Assembly: GCA_943354835.1 (NCBI GenBank)
Contig: CALRDH010000002.1
Location: 106,270-170,269 of the forward strand
Origin: a candidate division WWE3 bacterium
GTDB lineage: Bacteria > Patescibacteriota > WWE3 > 2-01-FULL-39-13
Direction: 5' to 3'
DNA length: 64,000 nucleotides
The notes under the pieces are model-generated. The model was not told the DNA's origin. It saw only the letters and a list, made by a program, of their open reading frames with translations, and made no database searches. Position numbers and translations under genes: made by a program. Positions 61,743 to 64,000 of this stretch are shown here, piece after piece (the stretch's first letter is position 1; each line of letters starts with the position of its first letter).

Positions 61743-64000
61743 ATGAAGGATACAAAAAAGTTTGATTTGCTTTATAAGAATTTGAATGTCGACCAGATGC
61801 GTGCAGTTGATTCTATAGAGGGTCCCGTAATGTTACTTGCCGGTCCAGGAACAGGAAAGACGCAAACTTTAACGATGCGTATTGCAAATATTCTATTAAA
61901 GACAGATGCTGCTCCTGATTCGATTTTAGCTTTAACATTTACAGAATCGGGTGTAAGAGCAATGCGTGAAAGGCTTTTGTCTATTATAGGAACGACTTCA
62001 TATTACATAAATATCCACACATTTCATTCATTTGCTAGTGAAGTCATTCAATCAAATCCAGATGAATTTATTATCTCAACCGAAATTGAGCCACTATCCG
62101 ATTTAGAACGAATTCACATTTTCAAAGAAATTTTTGATGAACTTGATTTGCAAATATTAAAACCGTTTAATTCAACATACTATTACCTAAGAACTGCCAT
62201 TTCAAAAATACAAAACCTTAAACGCGAAGGAATAGACATATCAGAATACAAAAAACTTATAGACGAATCAAACGAAATGCCAGAAAAAGACTTGGAAAAA
62301 AACATTGAACTTTCCAAAATATACGAACTTTATGAATCAAAACTAAAATCATACGGAAGATACGACTTTGAAGACATGATAAATTTCGTAATCGAAAAAT
62401 TCAAAACATCCCCCGCCCTTTTACAAAAATATCAAGAAAGATTCCAATACTTCTTAGTCGATGAATTTCAAGACACAAACTCTGCACAAGCCGAACTTCT
62501 ATACCAACTAAGTTCATACTGGGATCCAGAACCAAACCTATTTGTAGTTGGAGACGACGACCAATCAATATACAGATTTCAAGGAGCGTCAATTGAAAAC
62601 ATAATCAACTTCAACACAAAATATCCAAATGCACTAAAAATTGCACTTACGGAAAACTACAGAAGCGCTCAAAAAATACTAGACTCTGCTGAAAGCGTAA
62701 TATCAAAAAACAAACTACGAATAAGCACAGCATTAAAAATATCAAAAAACCAAAAATCAATGGTCAAGGAAACTGCATCTGACAAATGCATTTCTTATGG
62801 AGAATTTTCAACATCACACACGGAATCACACTTTATAGGACATGAAGTTAAAAAACTTCTAGCAAATGGTGAAAAACCAAATGAAATAGCAATAATCTAC
62901 AGAAACAATGCGGATTCTGAAAACATTGCAGACATGTTTTCTAGAATGGGAATCGAATACACACTTGAAGGTGGAGAAAACGTTTTGGAATCAGGAATAA
63001 TCGTTCGACTTTTGCATTTATTTAAAGTCATACAAAAAGTTAGATCAAAAGACGAAGACATAGACCTATTTACGCTTCTCAATTATGAATTCTTAGATAT
63101 AAATGGGCTTGATATCTTAAAACTATCAAGATTCGCATCAAGCAAAAAAATAAATCTTTTTGAGGCGATTTCGCACAGCGAAATCGCCGATTCCAAAATC
63201 GAAAACATAAAAGCCTTACAAGCATTTTCTGAAAAAATAGTTTATTGGAACGAACTTTCAGCAAACGTAACTCTTATGAAATTCATAGAGCAAGTAATGG
63301 ACGAATCGGGATTTCTAAACTGGGTCTTAAATAAAGAAAATAGCTATGAACTTCTAAACAAACTCAACTCATTTCTATCAGAAGTAAAACGTCTTAATTA
63401 TTCAAAAAAGAATTTATCACTCGAAACATTTTTAAAGTATGTAGATTTGATGATCGATAATGGACTTGGAATTTCAGAAAAAACTATTGATGTAGAAACA
63501 AAGGCAGTAAAACTTACAACAGCACATAAATCAAAAGGTTTGGAGTTTAAGCATGTTTTTATACCGAAATTTTTGGATAAAAAATGGGGAAACGCTATAA
63601 ATCGCGATTTGATAAAACTACCTTCATCTATTTTAAAAACAGTCGATCTTTCAAATGATAAGGCTATCAAAAACCAACTAGAAGAAGACGAAAGACGTTT
63701 GTTCTTTGTTGTTCTAACGCGTGCAAAAGAAAATATAACTATAACTTCGGCAAAATCTAATCAAACGGCTGCTTACCAAAAATCAGGATCTCCAAGCATG
63801 TTTTTATATGAAATTCCAAATGATCACATCAGACAAATTGATATTCAAAAGCATGAGGAATCGGCATCAGAAATACTTAAACAAATTCTGACACCATACA
63901 AAACTGAAGAAATCACAATTGATGAAAAAGACTTTTTAAAAGATTCACTCAAAAATTTTAAAATCAGCGCTTCATCTCTAAATTCATACATAGAATGCGG
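61743..64000 (+). CDS. UvrD/PcrA-family SF1 DNA helicase (3' end beyond window)
   Basis: Motif I LAGPGTGKTQTL; Ia ILALTFTESG; II LVDEFQDTN; III VVGDDDQSIYRFQGA; no stop before window end. Confidence 0.85.
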   Translation, partial: MKDTKKFDLLYKNLNVDQMRAVDSIEGPVMLLAGPGTGKTQTLTMRIANILLKTDAAPDSILALTFTESGVRAMRERLLSIIGTTSYYINIHTFHSFASEVIQSNPDEFIISTEIEPLSDLERIHIFKEIFDELDLQILKPFNSTYYYLRTAISKIQNLKREGIDISEYKKLIDESNEMPEKDLEKNIELSKIYELYESKLKSYGRYDFEDMINFVIEKFKTSPALLQKYQERFQYFLVDEFQDTNSAQAELLYQLSSYWDPEPNLFVVGDDDQSIYRFQGASIENIINFNTKYPNALKIALTENYRSAQKILDSAESVISKNKLRISTALKISKNQKSMVKETASDKCISYGEFSTSHTESHFIGHEVKKLLANGEKPNEIAIIYRNNADSENIADMFSRMGIEYTLEGGENVLESGIIVRLLHLFKVIQKVRSKDEDIDLFTLLNYEFLDINGLDILKLSRFASSKKINLFEAISHSEIADSKIENIKALQAFSEKIVYWNELSANVTLMKFIEQVMDESGFLNWVLNKENSYELLNKLNSFLSEVKRLNYSKKNLSLETFLKYVDLMIDNGLGISEKTIDVETKAVKLTTAHKSKGLEFKHVFIPKFLDKKWGNAINRDLIKLPSSILKTVDLSNDKAIKNQLEEDERRLFFVVLTRAKENITITSAKSNQTAAYQKSGSPSMFLYEIPNDHIRQIDIQKHEESASEILKQILTPYKTEEITIDEKDFLKDSLKNFKISASSLNSYIEC

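Noticed and set aside
1-64000. CRISPR arrays, rRNA genes, or alternative genetic code (UGA recoding as in some CPR lineages)
   Set aside because: No regularly spaced direct repeats of CRISPR type were seen; no rRNA-like conserved blocks; ORFs of 700-1700 aa are uninterrupted under the standard code.

Overview
This 64 kb window is low-GC (about one third G+C by eye) and gene-dense, and reads like a Patescibacteria/CPR-type or similar small-genome bacterium. Long ORFs have no in-frame stops, so standard code is used. Eleven tRNAs are scattered through it: Leu-TAG, Leu-CAG, Phe, Arg-TCT, Leu-GAG, Val, Gly-TCC, Gly-GCC, Leu-TAA, Arg-TCG and Lys-CTT.

The left third carries housekeeping and envelope genes:
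- a MacAB-like ABC pump;
- two class II Fic proteins;
- a SulP transporter;
- a 1698-aa alpha-2-macroglobulin-like surface protein containing a Hint/BIL domain;
- a TAT-secreted clan-CD cysteine peptidase;
- a peptidoglycan hydrolase;
- a CsoR / HMA-membrane-cupredoxin-like fusion / CopA copper island;
- a VapBC toxin-antitoxin pair and a pseudouridine synthase.

The central ~30 kb (about 20.4-49.9 kb) looks like an integrative/conjugative-type accessory region. It holds:
- a RhuM-family gene and a PLD-family nuclease;
- a Gram-positive-style type IV secretion set (VirB2-like pilin, VirB6-like, VirB4 ATPase, M23 peptidase) with, 11 kb away, a VirD4/TraG-like coupling protein and a replication-relaxation family protein;
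- between those two halves, a defence/anti-restriction island: a Type III res-mod pair co-operonic with a GHKL (MORC-like) ATPase fused to a PD-(D/E)xK nuclease, a convergent DUF2779-like RecB/Cas4-like nuclease fused to a DEDDy exonuclease, a RadC/JAB protein and small genes followed by duplicated terminator hairpins;
- at the right end, a ~0.76 kb high-GC three-gene islet, an XRE-type repressor with two 12-bp palindromic operators, and a large serine recombinase whose 3' end reads through antisense tRNA-Leu(GAG).

The right part returns to core genes: cyclophilin, Fe/Mn SOD, an NYN-domain protein, an IMPDH/GMP-reductase-family protein, a RelBE pair, VOC, alpha/beta-hydrolase, HAD, GNAT, an NRAMP-related transporter, TrmD and a partial UvrD helicase. 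Several short tRNA-end duplications look like integration scars.

The most plausible novel system is the res-mod-GHKL/nuclease operon, together with its convergent DUF2779-like dual nuclease.
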